DNA from: Phaeosaccion multiseriatum
Taxonomy: Eukaryota; Protista; Ochrophyta, other classes
NCBI GenBank assembly: GCA_965112735.1
Contig: OZ218955.1
Span: 124,001 to 188,000 of the forward strand
Length of the DNA: 64,000 nucleotides
Direction of reading: 5' to 3'
Part shown: piece by piece, positions 37,901-51,053 of the stretch
Position numbering within the stretch: the stretch's first letter is position 1
Layout: every line of letters starts with the position of its first letter
Translations under genes and position numbers: made by a program
Notes under the pieces: generated by a model
Database searches by the model: none
What the model was told of the DNA's origin: nothing
What the model saw: the letters and a program-made list of their open reading frames with translations, nothing else

Positions 37901-40900
37901 GTACACGTGTGTGTGTGCGCGCGTGTGTGCTGATGCCTGTACCCGTGTGTGTTGATGCCTGTACCCGTGTGTGTGTATATATATGTGTGTGTGCGCGCGT
38001 TACAGCTGTTCGGAGCTGTCGCAAGGCTTCGGCCACTTCCCCGCGGGGTATTTCCGCCTCCCTCTAGGCTGTATAGACCGCCTTGAGAGGCAGAGGAAGG
38101 ACGGAAGCAGCTTGAGCAGCAGCGGCAGCGGAGGGGGGGGAGGGGGGGGGGAAGGCGATGTCGGAGCGGCCATTGGGCTGTACAGTAAGGTAAGAGGGGG
38201 AGGGAGGGACGGAGGGACGGAGGGAGGGAGGGGGAGACGGAGGAAGGGAGAGACGGAGGGAGGGAGGAAGGGAGGAGGGAGGGAGGGAGGGAGGGACGGA
38301 GGGACGGAGGGAGGCTTGCTTTTGCTTTGCGTAGCGGGCTTTGGATTCATCTCGGGGGGGCACTGATTGATTTGTTTCTTTCTTTCTCTCCCATCTCAAG
38401 TATACTCCCTCTTCACCCTCTTTTTCCTTCCCGATGGCACCTGACGGCAGGACATGCGGCACCTGAGACTGTTGCTGGAGAAGGCCGAGGACACAGAGAG
38501 AGTACTCAGCGCTCTCCTCGCGTGCACCTTCCCGGGGCAGCTCCGCTTCCTCTTCGCCTTTATGCACGGCAAGGCTTCTTCCTCCTCCTCCTCCTCCTCT
38601 TCGGCCGCCAAGGGAGGCGAAGGATCAGGGCCAGGGTCAGGGTCAGGGTCACAAGGCTGTGCTCCGGATCCCGGGTGGAGCATCCACGATTCGGCGTCGG
38701 AGTACATGCGGCAGGGGGTCACACTGCCCAGGCCCGGGGGGGCGGCCAGTCCGTGGAAGTGAGTGGGTGTGACGGGGGGAGGGAAGTTCTCCCTAGGGGA
38801 CCCTAGGGGAGGGGAGTCCTCCCTCACTCTCGACTGCTTGCGCCAATCTCAAACTCAAACTGCCTGCCTGCCTCCTGCTTCTGGTCCCTCCCCCCCTGCC
38901 CATACGCCTCTACCAGGTTCATGTACAGCAACACGCACTTCGCGCTGTGCAGCTCCTACCCCAAGACGTTGGTCATGCCCAGCGCCATCTGTGAACAGGA
39001 CATGCGTGCATCTGCTGCCTTCCGCTCCGAGGGCCGTATGCCCACCCTCTGCTGGGGCCGCAGGAGGGACTCCGCCTCCATATGGAGGTCCAGTCAGCCC
39101 AAGGGGGGCCTGGGAGGCGCCAGCTGTGAACCGGATGAAAGGTTGCTGCACCTTGTGGCGCTGCAGGCGATGCACCCTTCCCCCGGGGCGGCGCCTCTGT
39201 TGCGTATTCTCGACTGCCGCCCCCGGACCAGCGCCATGGCCAATATGGTGCGTTACGTAAGGGGCTGCGTAAAAGAGCGTATGGACAGTGAATGAGAGAG
39301 CTGAGTGTATATATATCAGGATGGGGAAGTCCTAAGTCCAAAGCTTCGCCTTTGTGTTTTGTTTGCACACTCATTTCACTTCCCACTCAGGCGGCGGGCT
39401 ACGGTTACGAGAGCTCCGGCAATTACCCGTCCTCCCGTATCGCCTTCATGAACATTGGTAACATACACGTCATGAGGGACAGCCTCGCCCGCCTAGAGGG
39501 CCTTGTACTCTCCAGCTCCGTGCAGGTGGGGCGGTTGGTTGTTCGCTTGGCTAACTGATTCACTCACTCACTGATTCACTCACTCACTCACTCACTCACT
39601 CGCTGACCGACCGACCGACTCACACCTGGCGCAGGACAACCAATGGCTGACCTTGGTGGAGAAGACGGGGTGGCTCTCACACGTGCGCACCGTCCTCGCA
39701 GCTGCCTGGGAGTGCGCCTCTTACGTGCATCGTAAGGAAGCTCCTGTCCTCGTCCACTGCAGCCACGGCTGGGACCGTACGGCACAAGTGAGCTCTCTGG
39801 CGCAGCTGCTGCTCGACCCCTTCTATCGCACCTTCGACGGCTTTCAGACCCTCATCGAGAAGGAATGGCTGGACTTCGGCCACCCTTTTCAGCTGAGGCA
39901 TGCACACGGCCTGCAGAGAGGGACAGACGGGGAAGGGGGGGGCGGGGGTGGAGGGGGTGCAGGGGGAGGGGGGGGGAAGGACGACAGTCAACGCAGTCCA
40001 ATCTTCTTGCAGTTTCTGGACTGTGTGTGGCAGATTCAGTCGCAGTGCCCGAGCGCGTTTGAGTTTTCGGGGCGGTATTTGCTGTGCATTGCGGATCACA
40101 TCTTCTCGTGCAGATTCGGGACACTGCTTTGCAATAGCGTTAAGGAGAGGGAGGAGAGCAGGTGAGCAGGGGAGGGGAGGGGAGGGGAGGGGACGGGAGA
40201 GGAGGTGGGGAGGGAAGGGGAGGAGAGAAGGAGGGGAGGGGTGAGGAGGGAGGGAAGGGGAGTGAGGAAAGAGGGGAACTCCAGGCCCCTCCCACTGACG
40301 TGATACAGCCCGCCACTAACTCACTGACTTACTGACTTACTGACTTACTAAATTACCCCCCCCCCCCCCAGGCTGGCGTCCCGCACTGCGTCTCTGTGGA
40401 CGTACCTGGTGGCCAACAAGGAGGCCTTTCTGAGCCCCTTCTATGTGGGCCTCAGGGACGAGCTCAATGGAGACGACCAGCACCAGGCGGGTAAGTCAAT
40501 GAGGCAGTAAGGCAGTGAGTGAGTCAGTCAGTGACTCAGTGAGTGGTCGAACCCCCCCTCCCCCCACACCCTCCCTCCCCCCCTTTCCCTCACCCTCCCT
40601 CTCCCCCCTCTCCCCTCCCCATACACATTCACAGACAAAGTACGAGCGGCCGCCTCCACCGGCCACGGCGTGCTGCTGCCCCCCCTGTCATGCCTGCTCC
40701 GCCGCACCACTCTATGGGCCGACTATTACCTCAGGTGGAGCCCTAAGCCGTCCTTCCCGGGGGTGCCCAGGTGAGTGGGTGGGTGAGTGGGTGGGTGGGT
40801 GCTCTTGGGGGGTGCAGAGTGGGCATCGCAGGGCATGGCATTGAAGTGGGGGCTCGTGTCCGCTCAGTGAGGGTGTGGTGGGAGGAGAGGGGAGGGGAGG

Positions 40901-41207
40901 GGAGGGGAGGGGAGGGGAGGAGAGGAGAGGAGAGGGGAGGAGACGTGAGAGGAGAGGGGAAGGGGAGGAGAGGGGAGGGGAGGAGAGGAGAGGGGAGGAG
41001 ACGTGAGAGGAGAGGGGGAGGGGAGGGGAGGGGGCTCGAGATTTTATCTGAAGAGACTCGGAGTGTGCTTTGCTGTTCTGTGCTGTGCTGTGCTCCCTTC
41101 GCACTCTCACGCCCTCCCTCCCTCCGTCCGTCCGTCCGTCCCTCCCTCCCTCCCTCCAGGCCCCTCATGGAAGCCCTGGCCCTCGCCGAGAGAGAGACCC
41201 TCGCCAG

Positions 41208-41247
<40 letters not shown>

Positions 41248-41901
41248 CATACGACCACCTGTGATGGGTCCGCCGAAGAGACGCGCGGTACCTTACTCGG
41301 AGAGGCAGACGCCGCACTTGGCACGTACGTGTGCGTGGGGGACGAGCAAGAGGCTTGGCTCAGGAGAGAGCAGCAGCGGGCGGCGCTCTGGCAAGCAAGG
41401 GCAACGGCACTGGAACGCAAACTCTGGAAGGGGCACGGCCCGGTGTCAGGACTGGGGATGGGGACAGGCTTGCCGCCGAGGCTGACGGAGGAGGGGGGCG
41501 GCACGGCGGTGGACAGGGAGGGAGGGGACAGGGAGGAGTGGCCGCTGCCCAGGGGGGAGTCTGATGCCCCTCCTCCTCCTCCTCCGCCTCCTCCGCATAG
41601 AGTGCCATCCTCCCCGTCCTCTCCCTTGCCTGCCTCCTTGTCTGCGGCCCAACGATTGGAGAGAGCTCTGGCACAAGTGGCGGCGTTGAGGGAGGAAGTG
41701 GCGCAGGAGCGAAGGGACCAGGAGGCAAGGCAGAAGGGGGAGGGAGGGGGCGAGGAAGGGGGGGGGGAGGAGGAGGAGGAGGAGGAGCAGGAGGAGGCGA
41801 TGGCCCGGCTGCAGTCGCTGGGTCTCCATCTGGACACTCCTGGTCACCCCCTCCCTGCCCCTGCCCGATGCACTGCCCCTGCTGCTGTGGTGGACGTGTA
41901 A
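34972..41901 (+). CDS. Myotubularin-family phosphoinositide 3-phosphatase, about 11 exons
   Basis: GRAM-like GELVMTTYQIVF..LPLGCIDRLE; FALCSSYPKTLVMP..AAFRSEGRMPTLCW; WRSSQP; ILDCRP..AMANMAAGYGYE; IGNIHVMRDSL; VLVHCSHGWDRTAQVSSLAQLLLDPFYRTFDGFQTLIEKEWLDFGHPF; SPIFLQFLDCVWQ; FGTLLCNS; LWADYYLRW. Confidence 0.95.
36605..37153. repeat. Intronic satellite (ATATGCCCTATACCC)n, copy 2
   Basis: Reverse-complement family match to 3363-3934. Confidence 0.95.
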
Positions 41902-42554
41902 GTACAGTTACACTTGACAGTTACACCTCACAGTTTACACCTCACAGCCCCCCTTACGACCCTTTTTGGTTGGAGGGGAACAATTTTGTACAGGAATAGT
42001 CGAACCAACATCCGTTCTCACAAAACGTAACAATCTCAATGGTAACTGTTGGAGTCAAGTGGAGGTGGAGTGGAGGCGCGCAAAGCGAAAAGCGACTGCC
42101 CCGCTGTGGGCCCCGCAGTCATCATGACAGTCACTGCTGCTGCCAGGGAGAGAGACACATAAGGGGATGGCAGTGGACTGCCGGGCTCCTCTGTCCTCCG
42201 CTCGCCCCGTATGTAATGTCATGTAATGTCGATGGTCGACACAACCCCCCAACCCACGGGATGGTGTGATGGTGTATGTTGGGCATGGAGCCCAAGCGCA
42301 AGCAATTCCGCTCCTCTCTCTCCGATTCAAAGCCCCCAAAAAGGGAGGGGGGGTGCGTTCTTGCGCTCTTGGCTTCGAATACCTTCGAACGCACGTGTAC
42401 GAATACTTTTTTAACAGGTTCCCCCCTTCAATCGAGAAACAAATACCCCCCCCCCCCCCCCTGGACACGAAACAACACCTCAACAAGGAGGAGCCCCGCC
42501 CCTCACAAAATGCCATCTGGCGCCATCTGCTGCCATCGGCTTCCCTCTCCCCCC

Positions 42555-45247
42555 TCAGTCCCGGTCTGATTCTGCGAACGACGACATGCTCCTCACACTC
42601 GCACTCAGCGGTGACAGCGGACCCGCCCCCCCCTGCGCGTGAGGGTGATAGAGGCCAGTTGATGTGGCACCAGACGACCTCCGCTCCATATCAGGCTCAC
42701 TAAAAATCTCATTCTCCCTCGGGCCGTCGCTAAACAAGCCGCTCTCCTTGATGCTCTCCCTCTCGCTAAATAGCATCTCGCTCTCCCTCCCGCTCTCCAT
42801 CCCACTCTCCATCCCACTCTGTCTCTCGCTGTGCTTTTCGCTCTCCATCTCTGACGCCTCCCCCTCCTCGTAGCTGGAAGAGGAAGACGAGGAAGACGAG
42901 GAGGACGAGGACGAGGACGAGGACGAGCTACCGAGGTCCCCCCCCCCGGCTTTGGAGTTGTAAAGCTCCTCCCTAGACGCGCTGGTCATGCTGCATCCCG
43001 CTGGCTCGTTGGGTCCGTTCGGCCCCTCCCTCAAGGCATCGAAGAGGTGTTCGTTGTACAGCTTCGATGCCCCAGGCCCTCCAGGCCCTCCCCCTGTTTG
43101 CCCTGCCTGCCCTGACCGCTGCGACAGCTGAGATCGCTGTGACTGCTGTGACTGCTGCGACTGCTGCGACTGCTGCGACTGCTTTGACTGCTTTGACTGC
43201 TGAGAGAGCCCGGACTGCTGCGTTCGGTACGCGTACTCGGCGACTCTTAGCCCGCTGCCCTCTGCTGGCCTGCCGCCCCTCTGGCCACTGCCCCTCTCTT
43301 CTGCTGCCATTCGATCCTCGTCCAGACGGCTGTGGAACCATCCCTGCCCTCTCGCCTCTGAAGATCTTGCATCAGACACTCTGGAGTTTGTTTCGGAGCG
43401 AGGATGATGCTTCACCACCTCGTACTTTGGGGTCGAGGCGGTACCCAAGTTCACCATGGCCACCTCATATTTGGGTGCCGTGCCGGTACCCAATAACTCC
43501 AAGGAGTCTCCTCCTCCTCCTCCCGTTGAGCTGAAGCGGCTCGATGACTCATAGCAGGCCTTTGACTCACCCCCCTCCGCCACGTCAGCAAGGTCAGCGA
43601 GGTTGATCGTGCCCGTGCTCGGATCGACGGATTCACGCCCCATGGTCCCTCCTGCCCTGTTGCCCGAGTTGGCCCCGTGCTGCGCTCCTCGCATGCCTAT
43701 CTCTGAGCCCGTTCCCACCGCTGTCTCTGCAGTGGCATTGTTCTTCTTTCTCTGGGCGAAGAAAGGCGCACAGAAGCGCTGGTAGCTGTGGGGGGGGGGG
43801 GGTGGATGTAGCACGGGAACAGAAAGAGGCGGGGCATACAGTTAAGGCAAGGCAAGGCAAGGCAGGGTTAGGTAAGGTTAGGTAAGAGGAGAGCGGGGCC
43901 GCCCAAGCGTCTCACTCTGACGGATGACAAGCATGACAGGTCGGAAACAGTGCTCCCCTTCCATGTGCAGGTATGATGTACGTACATGTGCACAACGAGG
44001 GCCACGGAAAACGCCATGACAATGGCCAGGATGCTGCAGGGTGTCAGGACACACACACAGAGAGAGAGAGAGAGAGAAGAGAGACGGCGAAAGAGGGGGG
44101 GCAGGCGGGCAGAGACGCAGAGAAGGAAGTCAGTGAGTCAGTGAGTCAGTGAGTCAGTGAGTCAGTGAGTCAGTAAGTCAGTGAGTCAGGAAGGGCAACG
44201 CCTCCCTCCCTCCCTCCCCTTGTCTCAAGGGGCAAGGGCACGGCCAGTCAGCAAGTCAGTAGGGCAGTGTCTAGTAAGTCAGCAGGGCAGTGTCTAGTAA
44301 GTCAGCAGGGCAGTGTCTAGTAAGTCAGCAGGGCAGTGTCTAGTAAGTCAGCAGGGCAGTGTCTAGTAAGTCAGCAGGGCAGTGTCTAGTAAGTCAGTAG
44401 GGCAGTGTCTAGTAAGTCAGCAGGGCAGTGTCTAGTAAGTCAGCAGGGCAGTGTCTAGTAAGTCAGCAAGGCGCAAGGGCAGTACCGCACACAGCGGACC
44501 GCCATCATCATCATCAGGCAAGGGCAACACTCTCTCTCCACCTCCCCCCCTCTCGCCTTCCCTCTTGCTTTCTCGCTCTCTCTTCCCCTTTTATCTCCCT
44601 CTCTTCCCGTCTTCCTCCCATCTTCCTCCTTCCTTCCCTCCGTCCCCCCCCCCCTCCCTCCCTCGCCACCTCTCCCTTCCTCCCTCTCTCCTCTCTCTCT
44701 CTCTCTCTCTCTCACCCGTACTCGGTGACCAGTTGGATATCCTTGTCGCCCTTTGTGAGGGCGCTCTGACGAATTCCAAACACCCCCCACAGCACCGCCG
44801 CCGTCAGCAGCCAATCCAGCTTGGTGATGAGACAGAAGCTCACAAAGGCAAGCAGCATCACCAAGATGGCCACACACACGGTGTAAGTCGGCCCAGATAT
44901 GGCCGCAGCGATGCCAACACACAGCGCCACGGAAACCCACCCCAGATACAGAGAGACCATAGCATGGAGGGTGACGAAGGAGATGAAGGGGTTGTGGGAG
45001 GGGGCGCCTGACGGGTCGGGGTGGAGGTATGAGACCGTCTCCTGCTCGGGGTGGAACTTGAGGCGGTACCACATGTAGAGTAGCGTTAGCCACAGTAAGC
45101 CCAGCGCGCCTGCCGCCACCTGATGAGGAGATGAGGAGGGCGAGGAGGGCGAGGAGGGCGAGGAGGGCGAGGAGGAGGGGGTGGTGGCGGGCCTTGAGAT
45201 ACGGCGTCGCGGTGGATGGAAAGGATAGGAGACAGCCCGGCCTCGTC

Positions 45248-45293
<46 letters not shown>

Positions 45294-47253
45294 CCGCTCC
45301 CTCTCCCCAAATGCATCTCAGTACACTTTTTCCTCCAATCACGTCAATGCTCTCTACATTCACTTCATCCCTCGTACTCTCTACATTCACTTCATCACCT
45401 CAATACTCTCTACATTCACTTCATCACCTCAATACTCTATACATTCACTTCATCACCTCAATACTCTCTACACTCACTTCATCACCTCTACATTCACTTT
45501 ATCACCTCAATACTCTCTACATTCACTTTATCACCTCAATACTCTATACACTCACTTTATCACGTCAATGCTCTCTACATTCACTTCATCACCTCAATAC
45601 TCTCTACACTCACTTCATCACCTCTACATTCACTTTCTCCCTCATACTCTCTACATTCACTTTATCACCTCAATACTCTCTACACTCACTTCATCACCTC
45701 TACATTCACTTTAATTCACCTCAATACTCTCTACATTCACTTTATCACCTCAATACTCTCTACACTCACTTTCTCCCTCAATTTCTCTACATTCACTTCA
45801 TCACCTCCAACTCTATACATTCACTTTATCACCTCAATACTCTCTACACTTCGTTGTCCTCCTCTCACCTTGATATACTTATATACCCAAAGCACGACCC
45901 ACGCCACATTCCAGCAACACGCTTCCACGAACGCCGCCTCCACGTCCTTCCGCGGCTGAGCAGAGCATCGCCAGGGGTGAGCACACCCCGGGGTGATGTG
46001 ATGTGATGGGTGATGTGAGGTGAGGTGAGCATCGCTTGGGGCTGGGGCAGGGCAGGGCAGGGGGACGGGGCCGACAGGCAAAGCAAGAAAATAGCAAGCA
46101 AGCCCAGACAACAAGCCTCCACCCACTCACCTGCTGGCAGAGCAGCGGCCTGAGCACGTAGAGCAGCTGCAGGACGTACAGCAGCCCCCAAATGGCAAAC
46201 ACCCAGTCCTTCGGGGTGATTCGAGTGTCGTTGTCGTCGGTTACAGAGCGCACCCCCCGGGGGAAGACGTCGGAGGACGTGGCGAGGATGTTGACAAAGA
46301 CTTGTTGTTGGGAGGTGGGGGGTGGAGAGAGGGGGGGGGAGGGAGGGAAGGAGGGAGCGCGAGGGGGGGGGAGAGAGAAGACGGAGGAAGGAGGGAGGGG
46401 TGAGATGGAGACAGAAGAAAGAGAGACGGGAAGAGGGGTCGAGAGAGATCCACACGGTCATTGGGGTGGGGTGGTGTGAGAGGGGTGGCAGTGGCGGGTA
46501 GGTAGTCCGGGAGGGGGGTGCAAGAGGGTGGGTGGGATGACGAAGGCTTCCTCTTCTTCTGGGGGAGATAAAGCCTATGCTCGAGTGTCCTGCCAAGAGC
46601 TGCCGGCAGCCTTGCCTCACCAGCTACCGTCACCAGTCACATCGATATGGGCAGACAGATAGATAGACAGACAATGAAAGCCCCGACGGATGCCTTCCTT
46701 CCTGCTCCACTCACTTTGGCCCACGAAAGCTGTGGGGGTGATCACTGTCCAGAAGGAGAGGGGCGCTGCAGGGGGGGGGGGATACAGATACACGTACAAG
46801 TGTGGTCCAGGGGAGCAGGGCAGCGGGGCAGAGGGACGGAGGATGGGGTATATGTGAGGAGGCAAAAGGCCAAAGAGAGGGGCAGAACCGGAGGCAGAGG
46901 CAACATGCAATCAGGAGCAGCAGAAGGGCATGCATCTGCCATGAGACAGCGGCGGTCCGTGCAGCGGGCACTTTGAGCCGATCACCCGTCCTCGCAAGTG
47001 ACACCCAGTAAATAGGGGGGAATCGCAGCTGCAGGGAGTGTACGAAGTAGTTTCATCACTCTACGCAGCAAAGGTGCCCCACGATGCCCCACCAGGGCCA
47101 GAAAAGAGTAAGGGGCCTGCCTACATTGGCTAGAACCCCTCGACGGCGGTTGGACATAAAGCTGGGCAACAAATACTTTTTTCCCAAGGGATCCTGGCGC
47201 TCCCCAGCCAGCCCCAGTCCAGCCCAGCCGTGCGTATTCTTCTTCTTACCCAT
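42555..47253 (-). CDS. Multi-pass membrane protein related to TspO/MBR (tryptophan-rich sensory)-like families, with a long disordered C-terminus; 5' end tentative
   Basis: Exons: FVNILA..SVTDDNDTRITPKDWVFAIWGLLY (46300-46131), WNVAWVVLWVY, MVSLYLGWVSVA..LTAAVLWGVFGI, ILAIVMAFSVALVVH and a last exon 43786-42555. Resembles the TPA.YAFSIWGLIY / SLYLGW.TVA motif pair. Confidence 0.7.
44253..44468. repeat. 23-bp intronic tandem repeat (aagtcagcagggcagtgtctagt)
   Basis: About 9 copies; (agtcagtg)n lies nearby at 44128-44188. Confidence 0.95.
45345..45850. repeat. About 29-bp intronic minisatellite (ctctacattcacttcatcacctcaatact)
   Basis: Degenerate tandem array of about 17-19 units. Confidence 0.9.
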
Positions 47254-47669
47254 GACTGCCTTTCCTCAGCGGCGAAGGCGCCCTGTGCTGTCCAAACGAA
47301 TGTTGGCCCCCCCAAGATAGTTCTTCTGTTCCGATGATCCAAACTTTAACCCCACCAAGTCATCTCCCTCCTTTCCACCCGGCAGGCACGCCCCGCAGCT
47401 AGTACGAGATTCACTCGAAGCAGGGAGCAGAGCTAGTCTGTGCGGCGTTGGTTCCTTTTACTTTGTTGAACGTCAGGGCCCAAGAAGTTTACCCCCGGCC
47501 TCCGTCTCTCACTGCCTTACTATAAACTCACGGCCCATCGATCCGACCCCCTCCTCCACCCCCCAAAAAACACACACGTCTTGTGTAAGGGCAAAGGGAT
47601 CAGAAGCCCAGCCTGCCAGGGGATAGTCCCTCTGCTTTAAGCTGGCAAGGAAGGACTACGATCCCAGCG

Positions 47670-49676
47670 ATGGGGAGGAAGAAGATGGGGCAGGGACGGG
47701 AGAGCGAGGAGGGAGCCACTGGCGAGCAGGACCACAGTCCCTCCCCTCAAGCTGAAGATACAAGACAAGAGGAGAAGGAGAAGAAGGAGAAGAAGAGGGA
47801 GAAGAAGGAGAAGAAGGCGAAAAAGGGGAAGGGCGGCGGGACAGAGGACGAAGGCGAGGAGAGTTCAAAGGGTGATGAAGCTGTGGTGGCGATGGAAGAG
47901 AGCAAGAAGGCGAAGAAGGAGAAGAAGTCCCTCAAGAGGCCCCGGGAAGCAGGAGCAGCAGAAGAACAGAGTCAAGTGGAGGGAGCAGGTGAAGGAGGGG
48001 AGAGCCAGGAGGAGGAGGAGGAGGAGGGGGGGGGTGGCAAGGAAGCCGAGGGGGGGGGGGAGGAGGGGGGCGAGGCAGAAGGCAAGAAGAAGCGGAAAAG
48101 GAAGCGCAAGAGGAAGGGAGCGTCCACGGACGGAAAAGAAGGAGAAGCAGGGGCAGACGGGGGGTCCTGTGCTTCTGGTGGAAACAGCGACAACAAGACG
48201 ACGACGCCCCTTGCGCCGGTGCCGAGCAGCGAGCCCCTCGAAGTGTACATCGAGGGTATCCCCTACAGCGCCAACGAGGACGACATGGCCGCCTTCTTCG
48301 CGCCAGTGGGCAAGGTGGTGGAGGTGCGCATGCCGCGCTATCAAGACTCCGGCAAGCCCAGGGGCTACGGCCACGTTGTCTTTGAAACAGGTGGGTGGGT
48401 GCATCGGGGGGCGGAGGGGGGCGGAGAGCGAGAGGAAAGGCGGCAGCTTTGAGGCGACATCACTGCGTCGTCTTCAACCTTCTTTGATCGGCGAGCGTGA
48501 CTTGTTGTCCTCTCTCGCTTTCCCTCTCTTTCTACCACTCTCTCTCTCTCTCTCTCGCATTCCCTCTGCGGCTCTCTGTCTCTCTCTCTCCCTTTCCCCA
48601 CCCTCTCTCTCCCTCACTCCTACCTCCCCCCTTCCCCTTCCCTCTCTCCCCGACCCTCCTCTGGCCCTGGCTACTGCTGCCCACACGACTCATGTCCATC
48701 CGTGTTGGTGCTCCCCTCCCCTCAGTGGAGGGCGCTAAGCGAGCCTTCGAGCTAGACGGGAAGGACTGCCGGGGGCGTTACATAACCGTAAGGAAGGCGC
48801 AGGCTGCCAAGGCCCTTCAGACTCAGGTTCGTACCCACGGGATAGACTCATGCATCCATCTCTCTCTCTCTCTCTCGGTCGATCGATCCATCGACTTCTG
48901 GTTTGCTTTCTTGCTACAGTGGTATCGTGTTGAAAGAGCGATGGCACTTGACGGCGATGCATGCCCTCCCGTCCGGCTCTGCTCTAAGCAGCGCGCTAAG
49001 TCCCCTCCCCCACCCACCTGCTCGCCCCTTGTCCTTTGCCCCTGCTGGCAGGCGAGTAACATGAAGCTGACGGCCCCCGGGGGCTGCAAGACGGTGTTCG
49101 TCAAGAACCTTCCCTACACAACCAACGAAGACGCCGTGTCGCAGATCTTCCGCGTCTTTGGAAAGGTTAGTGGAGAAACGCTTGGTTAGGCTGGTACTTC
49201 TTACGTACCCACGAGAGGAGGAGGGGAGGGCGGCGAGAAGATTGCTGCTTACGTCACCTTGGCTCCTCTCGCCACCTCAAGCCTTACGACTTGCTCTCCA
49301 CTACCTCCACTTTTCCATCTCCCTCCCTCCCTCCCTCCCTCCCTCCCTTCGCTCTCTCTATCCATCTCGCTTCCTCTCCCTCTCTCTCCCTCTCTCCATG
49401 TCTCTTTCGCTCTCGCTCTCCCTTCCTCTCCCCCCAAACTCCCCCCAGATTGCCAACGTCCGGCTGGCCAAGTGGAACCACACCAACACTCTGAAAGGCT
49501 TCGGATACGTGGACTTTGTGGCTGAGAGCGGTGCCGCCCTGGCCGTCAAGAAGCAGGCAGACATCAAGGTTGGGGGGCGGCCCATTGTGGTGGACTTCGA
49601 AGTAGAGGGGCCCAAAAACTCCTTCAGAGCGCAGGACGGGAAGCTGTGGGGCAAGACCCATAGGCCTACTCGCTGA
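47670..49676 (+). CDS. Two-RRM nucleolar-type RNA-binding protein (nucleolin/Nsr1/RBM34-like), 4 exons
   Basis: K/E-rich N-terminus; RNP2 VYIEGI with RNP1 PRGYGHVVF; RNP2 VFVKNL with RNP1 KGFGYVDF. Confidence 0.9.
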
Positions 49677-50264
49677 TGTCATTATTGACTTACTGCAAGT
49701 GATTACTGACTTGCTGATGGTACGCACTGCGTTATTATGATTGTACGTAAACGAAAAACTTCGGCAGATCTCTAACCCTAACCGCAAAAGTTGTGTGCAG
49801 TGAGCCATGTCATGAGCGGCGCCGCCTTGGCCGCACACCACTGTCATACACCACTCAGCAGCTCTCCTCTCGGCGGGCTGCGACTAATCCATCCACTGCC
49901 ATCCCATGGCTTTCCATCCCATGCCCCCAAGGCCCTTTTCTCCAAATTTACACTCATATTTTATACGCATGTGCCCTCCACCTCCGCGCCCCACACACCC
50001 CAGCCCAGCCACGCCCCCCCTGGCACTTGGGGGGGCAAAGTGACAGTTACAAAGTGACAGTTACAAAATGACTCCCCGGAAGCTTGTCTCGCCAAGCTCG
50101 CCAAAGCTCCTCCTCCGCCACTACAAAACTCCTCCCTCCAAGTCCCTCCCTCCAAGCTCCTCACTCAAGGCGCCCTTTGAAGGCGGTGCCCCAGTGCCCG
50201 TCTACAATGTAGTAGTCCTAATCGTGCTTTGAAGGCGGTGCCCCAGGGCCCGTCTACAATGTAG

Positions 50265-50945
50265 TTAGTCCTCATCGTGCGCTGAGCTCAGCAGCGCTGC
50301 CCTCCCCTCGAGGGCCTGACCAGTGACGGGATGACCAGTGACGGGATGACCAGTGACGGGATGACCAGTGACGGGATGACCAGTGACGGGATCACGTCTC
50401 AGCGTCTGCGTCTCCCCGAGCACGCCGCGCCACTGCTCCACGCCTTCCTCCCTGGGCGAGGTGTACCTGGTCACATCCACCACGTGGGCATGGCAGCGCT
50501 CCTCCTCTTGGCGGTAGTCCATCTGGAAGGCGTAGGAGGGGGTGGTGGTGTAGACAGAGGCCCACCCCCCGGGGGAGCTGTACGGGTCGCGGTACATGGC
50601 GCTTGTGGGCCAACCACTCCTCGCACTGCGCGCGGTCCTCCATCCCGTGCAGACGCGCCTCGATCAGGTCCAGGGCACGGAAATCGCTGTTGAGGCTCGT
50701 CGAGTCGACGCCAGTTACGGTTACGGGACTGAGTCGACGCTGCCCCTGCCGTAGACACACATCAACTGCTCCGGCTCCTGCTGCGTCTCCTCCCCCTTCG
50801 CCTCCTGCTGGCGAAGGAGCGTCTCCTCCTCCTTGAGGCGGTACTCCACATGACTGTCGCGCTTGGTCTGGCAGGGCCCGAAGGAGTTGAAGGCCCACAC
50901 CGAGCCGTGGCCGCTGTCTCCGAGGGCGTACTCGCCCGGGTGAGT
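50265..50945 (-). pseudogene. Disrupted, 5'-truncated coding fragment of unknown family
   Basis: Three consecutive frames join after removing a 29-bp insertion (50712-50740) and one G in a G-run (~50565): YALGDSGHGSVWAFNSFGPC..VYGRGSVDSTSLNSDFRALDLIEARL..WASVYTTTPSYAFQMDY. A 15-bp x5 repeat (HPVTG) lies near the 3' end, and there is no start codon. Confidence 0.55.
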
Positions 50946-51053
50946 GATGGTCTCGCCATTGAGGACAATCTCTTGAGAGCCCTCTCCATTGAGGACAATC
51001 TCTTGAGAGCCCTCTCCAAGACAGGTGTCACTCTCTCCACCGGGGCATCCGTA

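Noticed and set aside
44253-45850. 23-29-bp repeat arrays as possible CRISPR arrays
   Set aside because: Head-to-tail units without unique spacers, intronic, eukaryotic context, and no cas genes.
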